Part shown: piece after piece, positions 25,771 to 34,778 of the stretch
Position numbering within the stretch: the stretch's first letter is position 1
How the letters are laid out: each line of letters opens with the position of its first letter
Assembly (NCBI GenBank): GCA_002772745.1
Contig: PFDV01000005.1
Location: 95,609-135,608, forward strand
Direction: 5' to 3'
Source of the DNA: Candidatus Peregrinibacteria bacterium CG10_big_fil_rev_8_21_14_0_10_55_24
GTDB taxonomy: Bacteria; Patescibacteriota; Gracilibacteria; Peribacterales; Peribacteraceae
DNA: 40,000 nucleotides
Position numbers and translations under genes: made by a program
The notes under the pieces: model-generated
What the model saw: the letters and a program-made list of their open reading frames with translations, nothing else
The model's database searches: none
What the model was told of the DNA's origin: nothing

Positions 25771-25836
25771 GGAGAGTATCGAGTATTCAGTATCGAGTAT
25801 TAAGGGATTCCCTTGATACGTAATACTCTATACTAG
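25771..25836 (+). repeat. B-type hairpin, copy B4
   Basis: GAGTATCGAGTATTCAGTATCGAGTATTAAGGGATTCCCTTGATACGTAATACTCTATACT is nearly identical to copy B2. Confidence 0.75.
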
Positions 25837-25841
25837 CCCCT

Positions 25842-27524
25842 GTGCAACAGATCTGTGCCAACTCCTGGTGTCAAGAGCCCTTTCTCGTTGAGAAGGAGGA
25901 TGAGGAGTTCTTTGGAAAACTGCGCAGGGCTGCGCCCGAGCTTAGAGACATTCCTCCTCCCGTGCGATGCCCCGACTGCCGCCAGCAGCGCCGGCTCGCT
26001 CGGCGCAATGAGCGCGCGTTCTACCGGCGTACCTGCTCAATGTGCAACCGCGACATTCTTGCGATGTACCCCGCCGATGCGCCGTTCCCCGTGTACTGCT
26101 CCGCGTGCTGGTGGGGGGACAAGTGGGATCCACTCTCCCTTGGGAAGACGTTCGATCCGAAGCGCCCATTCCTCGAGCAGTTTGCTGAGCTCCAGCGCCA
26201 GGTTCCGCGGTTGGCGCTCTTCGGGAAGAACAATGAGAATTGCGAGTACATCAACCATTCGGAGAATGCAAAAAACTGCTACCTCTGCGTGGATGTCGTC
26301 GCACAGGACACGTACTACTCCAAGTGGATGATCAATTGCAGGGATTGCTGCGACTGCTACCAATTGGAGAAGAGCGATTTGTGTTACGAGTCCCAGTACT
26401 CCGTGGGCATGAACAACGATATCTACGCATTCCTCAGTGACCAATCCTGCAATCTCCTCTTCTGCTACGACTGCGAGGGGTGCAACGATTGTCTGCTCTG
26501 CACGCACCTACGGCACAAGAGGTTCTGCATCATGAATGAGCAATTCACCGAAGAGGAGTACCGCAAGCGGCTTACGGAGATTGATCGGGGGTCCTACAAG
26601 ACATTCTCGGTGCTCCTGGAACGCTACCACGATCTCTGGAGGACAACGTTCCATCGGCAGCACCAGGCTTTGGTGAATGCGACACAGTGCAGCGGGGATC
26701 TCTTCTACAACTGCCAGAACGTCCGGCACTCGTTCGGCGTTATCGAGTCGCGTGATTGCGCGTACTGCTACGACGCGGGACACATGCAGGATTGCCAAGA
26801 TGCGTATGAACCTGCGTTCAATTGCGAACTTCAGTACGACTGTCATGCATGCAATCGTGGCAAGCGCATTGCAGCGTGTTCCGTGTGCTACGACGTCGTC
26901 GGGTGTGCGTATTGCGACATGTGCCACAATGCAAGCCATCTCTTCGGTTGTATCAGTCTCAAGCACAAGGAGTACTGCATCCTCAACAAGCAGTACACCA
27001 AAGAGGAATACCTTGCGCTCCTTCCTGCGGTCATTGGGCGCATGCAGAGTGACGGAACGTGGGGGGAATTTTTCCCTGCATCACTCTTGCCCTTTGCCTA
27101 CAACGAGACCGTAGCCCAGGAGTACTACCCGCTCGATCGAGCGTCTGCAGAAGAGAGGGGATGGCGGTGGAAAGAGGAGGAGCACGCGCCGCCGAATTCC
27201 AAGAAGGTCATTTCCGCTGCTCAGCTTCCCGACCACATCAAGGATACTCCCGATGATGTCCTCAACTGGGCTATCCGGTGCGAGGCAACCGGAAAGCTCT
27301 TTCGCATCGTGAAGCAGGAACTCCTTTACTATCGCAAGATGGGCTTACCCCTGCCCAGGCTCCATCCCGATGAGCGCTACCGGCAGCGCATGGCGTTCAC
27401 GAATTCGCGCAAGCTCTTTGAGCGCACCTGCGCCAAATGCTCTAAGACCATGGAAACGACGTACGCCCCCGACCGACCGGAAATTGTGTACTGTGAGGAT
27501 TGCTACCTGAAAGAAGTGTACTGA
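25842..27524 (+). CDS. Cys-rich multi-zinc-ribbon protein, array paralog P6
   Basis: GTG start. The N-terminal knuckle is CANSWC (Cx4C variant). Second ribbon is intact. It ends CEDCYLKEVY. Confidence 0.9.
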   Translation: MQQICANSWCQEPFLVEKEDEEFFGKLRRAAPELRDIPPPVRCPDCRQQRRLARRNERAFYRRTCSMCNRDILAMYPADAPFPVYCSACWWGDKWDPLSLGKTFDPKRPFLEQFAELQRQVPRLALFGKNNENCEYINHSENAKNCYLCVDVVAQDTYYSKWMINCRDCCDCYQLEKSDLCYESQYSVGMNNDIYAFLSDQSCNLLFCYDCEGCNDCLLCTHLRHKRFCIMNEQFTEEEYRKRLTEIDRGSYKTFSVLLERYHDLWRTTFHRQHQALVNATQCSGDLFYNCQNVRHSFGVIESRDCAYCYDAGHMQDCQDAYEPAFNCELQYDCHACNRGKRIAACSVCYDVVGCAYCDMCHNASHLFGCISLKHKEYCILNKQYTKEEYLALLPAVIGRMQSDGTWGEFFPASLLPFAYNETVAQEYYPLDRASAEERGWRWKEEEHAPPNSKKVISAAQLPDHIKDTPDDVLNWAIRCEATGKLFRIVKQELLYYRKMGLPLPRLHPDERYRQRMAFTNSRKLFERTCAKCSKTMETTYAPDRPEIVYCEDCYLKEVY

Positions 27525-27597
27525 GCATGAATGATGAATTATGAATGGTGAATGATGAACCCATAATTCATAATTCACCATTCACCATTCAGGCTCC
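27525..27597 (+). repeat. A-type hairpin, copy A2
   Basis: Left arm GAATGATGAATTATGAATGGTGAATGATG faces CATAATTCATAATTCACCATTCACCATTCA. The conserved leader CATGGTTCATACTTTTCCC-ATG follows. Confidence 0.8.
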
Positions 27598-27615
27598 ATG
27601 GTTCATACTTTTCCC

Positions 27616-29286
27616 ATGCAGCAAATCTGCGCAAATGCGTGGTGTAAGCAGAGCTTCGAGAGCACGGACGAAGATCTCGCGTTCTACCGGAAGATCTCTC
27701 CGACGTTCGCAGGGGAGACGTTTGCGATTCCACCTCCCACTCAGTGTTTCTCCTGCCGCCAAGCCCGTCGCTTGGCGTACCGCAACGAGCGGCATCTGTA
27801 CCACCGATCCTGCGATCTAACGAGGAAGGACATTCTCTCCATCTACTCTCCTGATAAGCCCACGAAGGTCTACGAGCACAGTGCATGGTGGAGCGACAAG
27901 TGGGATCCGCTCTCCTATGGCCGGGACTTCGACTTCTCCCGTCCGTTCTTTGAGCAGTTTTTTGAGCTCCAAACAGCGGTACCGCGTATCAACGTGAACA
28001 ACATGGACTGCGAGAACAGCGACTTCTGCAACTTCTCCGTTCAAAATCGCAACTGCTACCTGCTCTTCGGAGCTCTTGAGAACCAGGATTCCTTCTACTC
28101 CAACCGCATTCTCTACTGTAAGGACTGTTGCGATTGCTCCGGCATCGAGAAGTGTGAACTCTGCTATGAGTGTAACGACAGTCAGCGCTGCTACCAGTGC
28201 AGGGATTTGCAGAACTGTAGTCACTGCACCGATTGCCAGCTGGGGTACAACCTCCACAGCTGCAAGAATTGCTTCGGCTGCGTCAATCTGCAGAATGCGT
28301 CGTTCTGCATCGAGAACGTTGCGTACTCCGAGCAGGAGTACAAGGAACTTCTGGAGAAGAAGCTTTCTTCGTATGAGCAGGAGCGCAAGAACTTCCAGCA
28401 GAGGAAACTCTCGGCTCCGCGCAAGTACATGGATGCCATCAACACCGAGCACTGTACGGGGAATGCGATCATCAACAGCAAGAACGCGCTGGATTGCTAC
28501 GAGGTGATGGACCTGGAGGATTGCCGGTACCTGGCGAATGCCACGTTCATGAGAGATGCGTACGATACGACTCATGACGATCACTCCGAGCTTGTCTACG
28601 AAGCCATAGGAAGCGAAACAAACTTCATGCACCTCTTCTGTGACATCTGCTGGTACGATCGTGAGCTTCTGTACTGCAGCATGTGCTTCAACTCCCAGAA
28701 CCTCTTCGGCTGCTGTGGTATGCGCAAGAGCAAGTACTGTATCCTCAACAAGCAGTATTCCAAGGAAGAGTACGAGAAGCTCGTTGCGAAGATCATCAAG
28801 TACATGCAAGAGACCGGAGAATGGGGAGAGTTCTTCCCCGTGTGCTTCTCGCCGTTTGCGTACAACGAAACCCTTGCCCAGGAGCATTCCCCATTATCCA
28901 AGGATGCAGTGGAGGAACGGGGGTGGAATTGGAAAGACGAAGAGGATGACATGCCGGATGTCGAGAAAGTCATCGAAGGGTCGCGTCTGCCAGCGGACAT
29001 TGCGGCAATTCCCGACGATATCCTCAACTGGGCCATCCGCTGCGAGGTGACGCAACGGCCATTCCGTATTATGAAGCAGGAACTCGCGTTCTACAGAAAA
29101 TTCCACATCCCCGTGCCCCATCTTCACCCTGATGAGCGGCACCGCAGACGCATGGTGCTCAGGAACCCCCGCAAGCTCTGGGATAGGCAGTGCGGCAAGT
29201 GCTCTAAAGAGATACGGACGAGTTATGCGCCGGAGAGGCCGGAAATCGTCTACTGTGAGGACTGCTACTTGAAGGAGGTGTACTAA
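27616..29286 (+). CDS. Cys-rich multi-zinc-ribbon protein, array paralog P7
   Basis: MQQICANAWCKQSF. Second ribbon is degenerate (CDLTR...VYEHSAWW). It ends CEDCYLKEVY with TAA. Its stop overlaps the stop of the convergent TrmB-like gene by 4 nt. Confidence 0.9.
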   Translation: MQQICANAWCKQSFESTDEDLAFYRKISPTFAGETFAIPPPTQCFSCRQARRLAYRNERHLYHRSCDLTRKDILSIYSPDKPTKVYEHSAWWSDKWDPLSYGRDFDFSRPFFEQFFELQTAVPRINVNNMDCENSDFCNFSVQNRNCYLLFGALENQDSFYSNRILYCKDCCDCSGIEKCELCYECNDSQRCYQCRDLQNCSHCTDCQLGYNLHSCKNCFGCVNLQNASFCIENVAYSEQEYKELLEKKLSSYEQERKNFQQRKLSAPRKYMDAINTEHCTGNAIINSKNALDCYEVMDLEDCRYLANATFMRDAYDTTHDDHSELVYEAIGSETNFMHLFCDICWYDRELLYCSMCFNSQNLFGCCGMRKSKYCILNKQYSKEEYEKLVAKIIKYMQETGEWGEFFPVCFSPFAYNETLAQEHSPLSKDAVEERGWNWKDEEDDMPDVEKVIEGSRLPADIAAIPDDILNWAIRCEVTQRPFRIMKQELAFYRKFHIPVPHLHPDERHRRRMVLRNPRKLWDRQCGKCSKEIRTSYAPERPEIVYCEDCYLKEVY

Positions 29287-30062
29287 GCAGTCACTTCTCT
29301 GCTGATACCCCAGAGCGCGGTGTGCCATGCGCGAAACGCATCCGCAAGCAGCGGATTTTCGATGCGGATGATCGTCGGCTCTTCCGAGAAGGTAAACATG
29401 GAGATTTCGTTCTCGAAGATAATGACATCGGCGTCGAACGCAACGCTCTTGGGCAGCAGGCGTATCCGGTACTCCTTGTGCGGCGGAACGTTCGCGATGT
29501 ACCGGCGCGTGGCGGCATTGTCTACGAGCAGCTCTCTCCCGCGCAGTATTGCCCCTTTGCCAAAGAGCTGGATGGCGATGTTCCCGCCGAACGTCTCCCA
29601 GTCCACCTTAGGATTGAAGAACGCTACGAATGGCCTGGCAAGGACGTCCCTGTACACTTGTTTGATGCCCTCCAAACCGTGCGCGACCGTCACCCGCGGT
29701 TCGCCGACCTTGCGGGGCGTCATGGAGGTGAAGTACGGCATCATGCCCTTGGTGAGTGCTTCGAGCTCATGGATTTCCTGCTCGCGGTTCTGCAGGTAAT
29801 TGAGGAGTCGCTCCGGTGCTTCAGTCACGAAGTGGATGATCTTGCCCTTCTCCACTTCGGAGACCAAACCCTTCTCCGTCAAACTGCGCAGGATCAAGTA
29901 CGTGTGACTGCGCGATTGGTGCGCGGCCCTTGCAATCTGTGTTGCTTTTCCCGTCTTCATGGCAAGGAGTGCCAAGTAAACGTCGACTTCACGATCATCC
30001 AAGCCAATGCGCTGAAGGAGGGGACGCACGGCGCGGTTACTCAACTGGTGGTGCTTTCTCAT
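29283..30062 (-). CDS. TrmB-family winged-helix transcriptional regulator, copy T1
   Basis: N-terminus LLQRIGLDDREVDVYLALLAMKTGKATQIARAAHQSRSHTYLILRSLTEKGLV is the TrmB-type HTH. A coiled segment and a C-terminal domain follow. It is a paralog of T2 and T3. Confidence 0.8.
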   Translation of the reverse strand: MRKHHQLSNRAVRPLLQRIGLDDREVDVYLALLAMKTGKATQIARAAHQSRSHTYLILRSLTEKGLVSEVEKGKIIHFVTEAPERLLNYLQNREQEIHELEALTKGMMPYFTSMTPRKVGEPRVTVAHGLEGIKQVYRDVLARPFVAFFNPKVDWETFGGNIAIQLFGKGAILRGRELLVDNAATRRYIANVPPHKEYRIRLLPKSVAFDADVIIFENEISMFTFSEEPTIIRIENPLLADAFRAWHTALWGISREVTA

Positions 30063-30082
30063 AGGCTCATAGTACCACAGTG

Positions 30083-30102
30083 TTGTCTATAATAGTAGAC
30101 AA
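30083..30102. promoter_or_regulatory. perfect palindrome TTGTCTA-N6-TAGACAA in the T1/P8 divergent intergenic region (candidate operator)
   Basis: Read directly from the sequence. A second palindrome, CTCTAA-TC-TTAGAG, lies at 30114-30127. The region is AT-rich, with a TTGACA hexamer at 30162-30167. Confidence 0.4.
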
Positions 30103-30197
30103 ATTGAATTTATCTCTAATCTTAGAGCTTATAGAAGGCATATTTCCTTGTTTCAAATAATTTGACAATTTATGGCGTATCCTGTCAATATTGTCCC

Positions 30198-31868
30198 ATG
30201 CAACGCAACTGCATCGTTTGTGGCTCTGCCTTCGAACACACGCAGGATGAGCAGGATTTTCTCGGGAGAATTTCGCCGGTTTTCCGGGGAAAGAAATACG
30301 AGATACCTCCGCCGACCTGTTGCGCAGACTGCCGGCTTCAGCGTCGCTTGGCGTACCGCAATGAGAAGACTCTTTTCCGTCGAACGTGCGATCGCACTGG
30401 TAAGGACATCATCTCGGTGCATGCTCCCGGAACGGGGTTTTCCATATATGCGAAGGAAGAGTGGTGGAGCGATCAGTGGGATCCACTGGAGTATGGACGT
30501 GACTACGATTTCAATCGCCCGTTTTTTGAACAGTTTGCTTCGTTGCAGAAGGCTGTGCCGCGAATGGCACTGCAGCAGGAACACAACGAGAACAGCGACT
30601 ACACCAATAACGTTTCGTATTTGAAGAATTGCTACCTCCTCTTCTCAGCCGACTACAGCAGGGATTGTTGTTACGGTATCTGGATTGAACGCAGTCGTGA
30701 CTGTCTCGACAATTTCATCATTGATGAATGTGAGATGGCGTACGAATGCATTTTTTCGAACAAAATCTACAACTCGTGTTTCATTTACTCCTCTTCGCAA
30801 TGCCGTGACAGCGCGTTTCTGCGTGATTGCCGCGGCTGCTCCGATTGCTTCATGTGTTGGGGGCTAAGGGGAAAACAGTACTGCATTGCAAACGTGCAGT
30901 ATTCCAAAGATGAGTACGTTGCGAAGCGTGCAGGATTTCCTCTCTCGTCGTACAAGAATCTCCAGGCGTGCAAGCAGCGCTTCGATGCTCTCCTCAAAGA
31001 TGCTGTCCAACCAGCTATGCGTAAGCATGGTAGGGTAATTGATTCCACTGGCGATTTCTTAGCCGATACACAGAACTGCAGTAACTGCTACGAACTCCGC
31101 TTTGCGAAGGATTGCAGGAATTCCGTTGGATTCCAGGTCAAGGACGCATACGACTGTACGTACGTGAGCGGGGAGTTTGCGTACGAGAGCTGTGAGTGTT
31201 TCCCAACACCGTCACATTCCGCATTCAACTTGAATAGCTACACGGGGAACAGTCTCTTCTACTGCGACCTGTGCATGAACAACTGCCAGGATCTCTTTGG
31301 ATGCGTTGGCATGAAGAAAGCGCAGTACTGCATCCTCAACAAGCAATATACCAAAGAGGAGTACGAAGAACTCGTCCCCAAGGTCATCGACCACATGCGT
31401 TCAACGGGGGAGTGGGGAGAGTTCTTCCCGATTGCGCTTTCTACGTTCGGTTACAACATCTCGGAGGCCAACCAGTATTTCTCTCTGAGGAAAGAGCAGG
31501 TGACTCGTAATGGTTGGAGGTGGCAAGAAGAGGTGGAGAGCAGGAAGCCGGATGTCACAACCAAAGAAATTGCCGATGATATTCATGACGTAGCAGATTC
31601 CCTCTGCGACCACGTTTTTGCGTGTGACGTCACCGGAAAGCCGTATAAAATTATTCCGCAGGAGCTAAAGTTCTACCGTGCAATGGGATTGCCGATTCCC
31701 CGCCGATGTCCCGATCAGCGGCATTCGGATCGGTTAGCACTCAGGAACCCCCGCAAGCTCTGGGATCGCGCATGTGCCAAATGCAGTAAGCCGATCCAGA
31801 CGACGTACCAGCCTTCGCGGCCAGAGGTTGTGTACTGCGAAGAGTGTTACTTGAAAGAAGTGTACTGA
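30198..31868 (+). CDS. Cys-rich multi-zinc-ribbon protein, array paralog P8
   Basis: Start set at ATG 30198 (MQRNCIVCGSAFEHTQDEQDF) by alignment with the other copies; the track start at 30162 is the TTG of a TTGACA hexamer. Second ribbon is degenerate. It ends CEECYLKEVY. Confidence 0.9.
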   Translation: MQRNCIVCGSAFEHTQDEQDFLGRISPVFRGKKYEIPPPTCCADCRLQRRLAYRNEKTLFRRTCDRTGKDIISVHAPGTGFSIYAKEEWWSDQWDPLEYGRDYDFNRPFFEQFASLQKAVPRMALQQEHNENSDYTNNVSYLKNCYLLFSADYSRDCCYGIWIERSRDCLDNFIIDECEMAYECIFSNKIYNSCFIYSSSQCRDSAFLRDCRGCSDCFMCWGLRGKQYCIANVQYSKDEYVAKRAGFPLSSYKNLQACKQRFDALLKDAVQPAMRKHGRVIDSTGDFLADTQNCSNCYELRFAKDCRNSVGFQVKDAYDCTYVSGEFAYESCECFPTPSHSAFNLNSYTGNSLFYCDLCMNNCQDLFGCVGMKKAQYCILNKQYTKEEYEELVPKVIDHMRSTGEWGEFFPIALSTFGYNISEANQYFSLRKEQVTRNGWRWQEEVESRKPDVTTKEIADDIHDVADSLCDHVFACDVTGKPYKIIPQELKFYRAMGLPIPRRCPDQRHSDRLALRNPRKLWDRACAKCSKPIQTTYQPSRPEVVYCEECYLKEVY

Positions 31869-31957
31869 GGATGAATGATGAATTATGAATGATGAATGAT
31901 GGTACGTTTTTTTCATCATGCATTCTCTACCATTCATTCTTCATCATTCATAATTCA
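31869..31957 (+). repeat. A-type hairpin, copy A3 (T7 run at the apex)
   Basis: GAATTATGAATGATG (31880-31894) pairs perfectly with CATCATTCATAATTC (31942-31956). Confidence 0.8.
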
Positions 31958-31991
31958 CACTGCCTGCTCGCATCCCGAAGAGGTGTACTGA
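31958..31991 (+). pseudogene. decayed paralog 3'-end-like fragment (..GAAGAGGTGTACTGA)
   Basis: catcccgaagaggtgtacTGA resembles ctacctgaaagaagtgtacTGA of intact copies. A homologous segment (25 of 35 nt identical by hand alignment) lies at 34849-34882. Confidence 0.45.
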
Positions 31992-31997
31992 TATTCC

Positions 31998-32135
31998 ATG
32001 CAACGTACCAGCCTCCACCAAGGTTCCGGCCGGCAAGCCTGTGCCAGGTGCAATCAGGGAACGCAGGCCGCGTTTGGTTCCGATTGGCCGGAAATCGTGT
32101 ATTGTGAGGAGTGCTCCCTGCAAACGGTTAATTGA
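31998..32135 (+). pseudogene. internally deleted P1-like paralog (45-codon mini-ORF: leader fused to C-terminal zinc ribbon)
   Basis: It translates to MQRTSLHQGSGRQACARCNQGTQAAFGSDWPEIVYCEECSLQTVN. The first 15 codons match the P1 N-terminus (MQQTSLHQGSGRQAC). The remainder matches the P1 C-terminus (CAKCGKEMQTSFAPDWPEIVYCEEC), including the P1-specific DW. Confidence 0.75.
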
Positions 32136-32159
32136 CTAATATTTGTTTCATATTATAAT
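32132..32159 (+). promoter_or_regulatory. sigma70-like promoter TTGACT-N16-TATAAT
   Basis: Hexamers lie at 32132-32137 and 32154-32159. The -10 hexamer ends 8 nt before the GTG start of T2 (32168), which implies a leaderless or near-leaderless mRNA. Confidence 0.55.
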
Positions 32160-32167
32160 TTACTCCT

Positions 32168-32959
32168 GTGCAACAGCGTCTTCGTGATCTCCTGCGGCGT
32201 GTCGGCCTCCGAGAGGAGGAAATTGCCTTGTATGTACACCTCCTTCGCCTGAAGCACGCAACCGCCACGCAGCTGATTGCAGCAAGCGGCCTCAACACGA
32301 TGACGGTGTATCGCACAATCAAGCGCCTCCGAGACCGGGGTCTTCTCCAAGCGCAGTCCATCAACAACAAGCAGTCGCTCTTCGCACCGCTTCCCCTAAG
32401 TGCAATCATTCAGAAGCTCGGTACAGAACAGATGGTGCTGCGCAAACTCCAGCTTGCTCTCAAAGATCTCGATCCTCTCCTTCCGTACCTTGATGTTGCT
32501 CAGCAGTTGGAGGAGGAAGCCCAGCCCATTGAACTGCGCGAGGGGCTCGATGCCTTCCGCGAGGAGTACATGAAGCTCCCCGATCTCTGCACCGACGAAT
32601 ACCTCTGCATGGGTTCCATGCAGAATTACTGGAAGGTCGCGGCAATGTCCGATGAGTCGCCGGAAGAGCTCGCGTTCCGTCACAAGCGCTATGGGCACGG
32701 TATTTCCTGCCGCGTGTTCAACACGCACTCTGTGGAATCCGAGAGCTTTGCGAAGCGCGATTCCAAGGAGATGCGCACCACCCGCCTTGTCGACGTCATT
32801 CCCATCCGCAATGATTACGTGGGGTACACGGCAACGCAGATTGCACACTTCATCTGCGACGAGGCGCACCCCCGAGTGATCGTTATTCGACATCCTGAGC
32901 TTTGCACTCTCTACCGTCAGCAGTTCAATGACCTGTGGCGTTCCGGGGTGGGAGCATGA
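32168..32959 (+). CDS. TrmB-family winged-helix transcriptional regulator, copy T2
   Basis: LLRRVGLREEEIALYVHLLRLKHATATQLIAASGLNTMTVYRTIKRLRDRGLL is a TrmB-type HTH. The architecture matches T1 and T3. Confidence 0.75.
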   Translation: MQQRLRDLLRRVGLREEEIALYVHLLRLKHATATQLIAASGLNTMTVYRTIKRLRDRGLLQAQSINNKQSLFAPLPLSAIIQKLGTEQMVLRKLQLALKDLDPLLPYLDVAQQLEEEAQPIELREGLDAFREEYMKLPDLCTDEYLCMGSMQNYWKVAAMSDESPEELAFRHKRYGHGISCRVFNTHSVESESFAKRDSKEMRTTRLVDVIPIRNDYVGYTATQIAHFICDEAHPRVIVIRHPELCTLYRQQFNDLWRSGVGA

Positions 32960-33089
32960 GCGTTTCTCCACAGGACCCTGTGAAGATTTTCCCTGAAGAA
33001 TATGCATCAGGAAGCCATTTTCATGTGTTGAAACGGGTATGTGTTGCGTGTTTTTTTCCACAGAAGCACTTGCTGTGTAGCATAGGCGC

Positions 33090-34778
33090 ATGCAGAAGAC
33101 CTGCCGAAACTCATGGTGCAAGGCGACATTCGAGATCACGGATGAGGATCTTAAGTTCTATGAGCAAGTGTCACCCGTGTTTGGTGGGCGGAAGTACATG
33201 ATTCCACCTCCTTCACTCTGCCCTGACTGTCGCCAGCAGCGCAGGCTCCTGTGGCGCAATGAGCGCAGTCTCTACCGTCGGACATGTGATCTCTGCAAGA
33301 AATCCATCGTTTCCATGTATCCTCAGAGAAGTACGTTCCCCATCTACTGCTCGGAGTGCTGGTGGTCGGATCGTTGGGATCCCCGGGATTTTGGACGGGA
33401 GGTGGATTTCACCCGGCCGTTTCTCGCACAGATGGAGGAACTTCAGCATGTGGTGCCGCGTCTTGCGCTCAACGTGGTGAATAACGAGAACTCGGAATTC
33501 ATCAATCATTCCGGCTCGAACAAGAATTGCTACCTCATCTTCGCGGCGGAATTCAACGAGGATTGCCTGTACGGTTACCAGGTCATCAAGTCCACCGGTT
33601 GCACGGATACGTTCGATTGTACCGAGTCTCACTACTGCTACGACGTGATCGATGTAGATAAATGCCATTTGCTCTTCTTCTCGCAGAATTGTACCAATTG
33701 TTCCTCAAGCGCCTTCCTTTTTGACTGTAAGGGTTGTTCGGAATGTTTGCTTTCCACGAATCTTCGCAACAAGCGTTATTACATCAGGAATCGTGAATAC
33801 TCCGAAGAAGAGTATCGACGGATCAAGCAGGACATCATGGAGAAGTTGGCTCAGGGCAAGCTCGAAGATCTCCTGCAGGAATTTGCGCAGGTGAAAGAGC
33901 AAGCGGCTCACCGTGCGCGAGAGGTGGTGAGCTGCGAGAACGTTACGGGCGATTACCTCAAGAATTCCCGCAATCTCCGGTACTGTTTCGATGTGTCCTA
34001 CGGAGAGGATTGCGCGTACATCTTCACGGGGTTCCAGATCAAAGATCTGATGGATGTGTGTCACACCACCGACGCACAGCTTGGATACGATTCCCTTAGT
34101 CTTGGTTATGGTTCGTACAACACGATCTTCACCCACAGTTCGTGGGGGTCGAGCAATCTCCTCTACTGTGATCTCATCCAGTCGGGATCGAACATGTGCG
34201 GATGTGTGTGCATGAAACCTGCCAAGTACTGCATTCTCAACAAGGAGTACTCGCAGGAGGAGTACGAAGCTCTCGTTCCCAAGGTCATTGAGCTCATGCA
34301 GAAAACCGGCGAGTGGGGGGAATTCTTTCCTGCAGGTTTCTCACCCTTTGCGTACAACGAAACGACAGCACAGATGTACTTTCCGCTCACGGCAGCCGAA
34401 GCACGCGAGAGGGGATTCCCTTGGCGGGATGGGCAGGACGAAGTGCTCAATGTGACGAAGACCATTCCGGCGAAGAAATTGCCCCCCGCCATTGCCGATA
34501 TTCCCAATGATGTTCTCAACTGGGCGGTGACGAGCGAATTCTCCGGTCGGCCATTCAGGATTGTAAAACGGGAACTGGAGTTTTACCGTTCCCACCGCCT
34601 TCCTGTGCCGCACGCGCATCCTGATGAGCGGCATTTTCGGCGTATGGCGCAGAAGAACCCCCGCAAGCTGTGGAGTCGTACATGCAGTACATGTGGCAAA
34701 GAGATGCAGACAACGTATAGGTCTGATAGACCGGAAATTGTCTTCTGTGAGGAGTGTTACTTGAAAGAAGTGTACTGA
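33090..34778 (+). CDS. Cys-rich multi-zinc-ribbon protein, array paralog P9
   Basis: MQKTCRNSWCKATFEITDEDLKFY. Second ribbon is intact (CDLC-17-CSEC). It ends CEECYLKEVY. Confidence 0.9.
   Translation: MQKTCRNSWCKATFEITDEDLKFYEQVSPVFGGRKYMIPPPSLCPDCRQQRRLLWRNERSLYRRTCDLCKKSIVSMYPQRSTFPIYCSECWWSDRWDPRDFGREVDFTRPFLAQMEELQHVVPRLALNVVNNENSEFINHSGSNKNCYLIFAAEFNEDCLYGYQVIKSTGCTDTFDCTESHYCYDVIDVDKCHLLFFSQNCTNCSSSAFLFDCKGCSECLLSTNLRNKRYYIRNREYSEEEYRRIKQDIMEKLAQGKLEDLLQEFAQVKEQAAHRAREVVSCENVTGDYLKNSRNLRYCFDVSYGEDCAYIFTGFQIKDLMDVCHTTDAQLGYDSLSLGYGSYNTIFTHSSWGSSNLLYCDLIQSGSNMCGCVCMKPAKYCILNKEYSQEEYEALVPKVIELMQKTGEWGEFFPAGFSPFAYNETTAQMYFPLTAAEARERGFPWRDGQDEVLNVTKTIPAKKLPPAIADIPNDVLNWAVTSEFSGRPFRIVKRELEFYRSHRLPVPHAHPDERHFRRMAQKNPRKLWSRTCSTCGKEMQTTYRSDRPEIVFCEECYLKEVY

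Noticed and set aside
32163-32176. A 14-nt identity, CTCCTGTGCAACAG, between the T2 start region and the B-type leader plus start of P2 (18948-18961). It could be a recombination scar.
   Set aside because: It is too short to separate from chance, and the flanks do not align. Noted only in case a locus comparison makes it meaningful.
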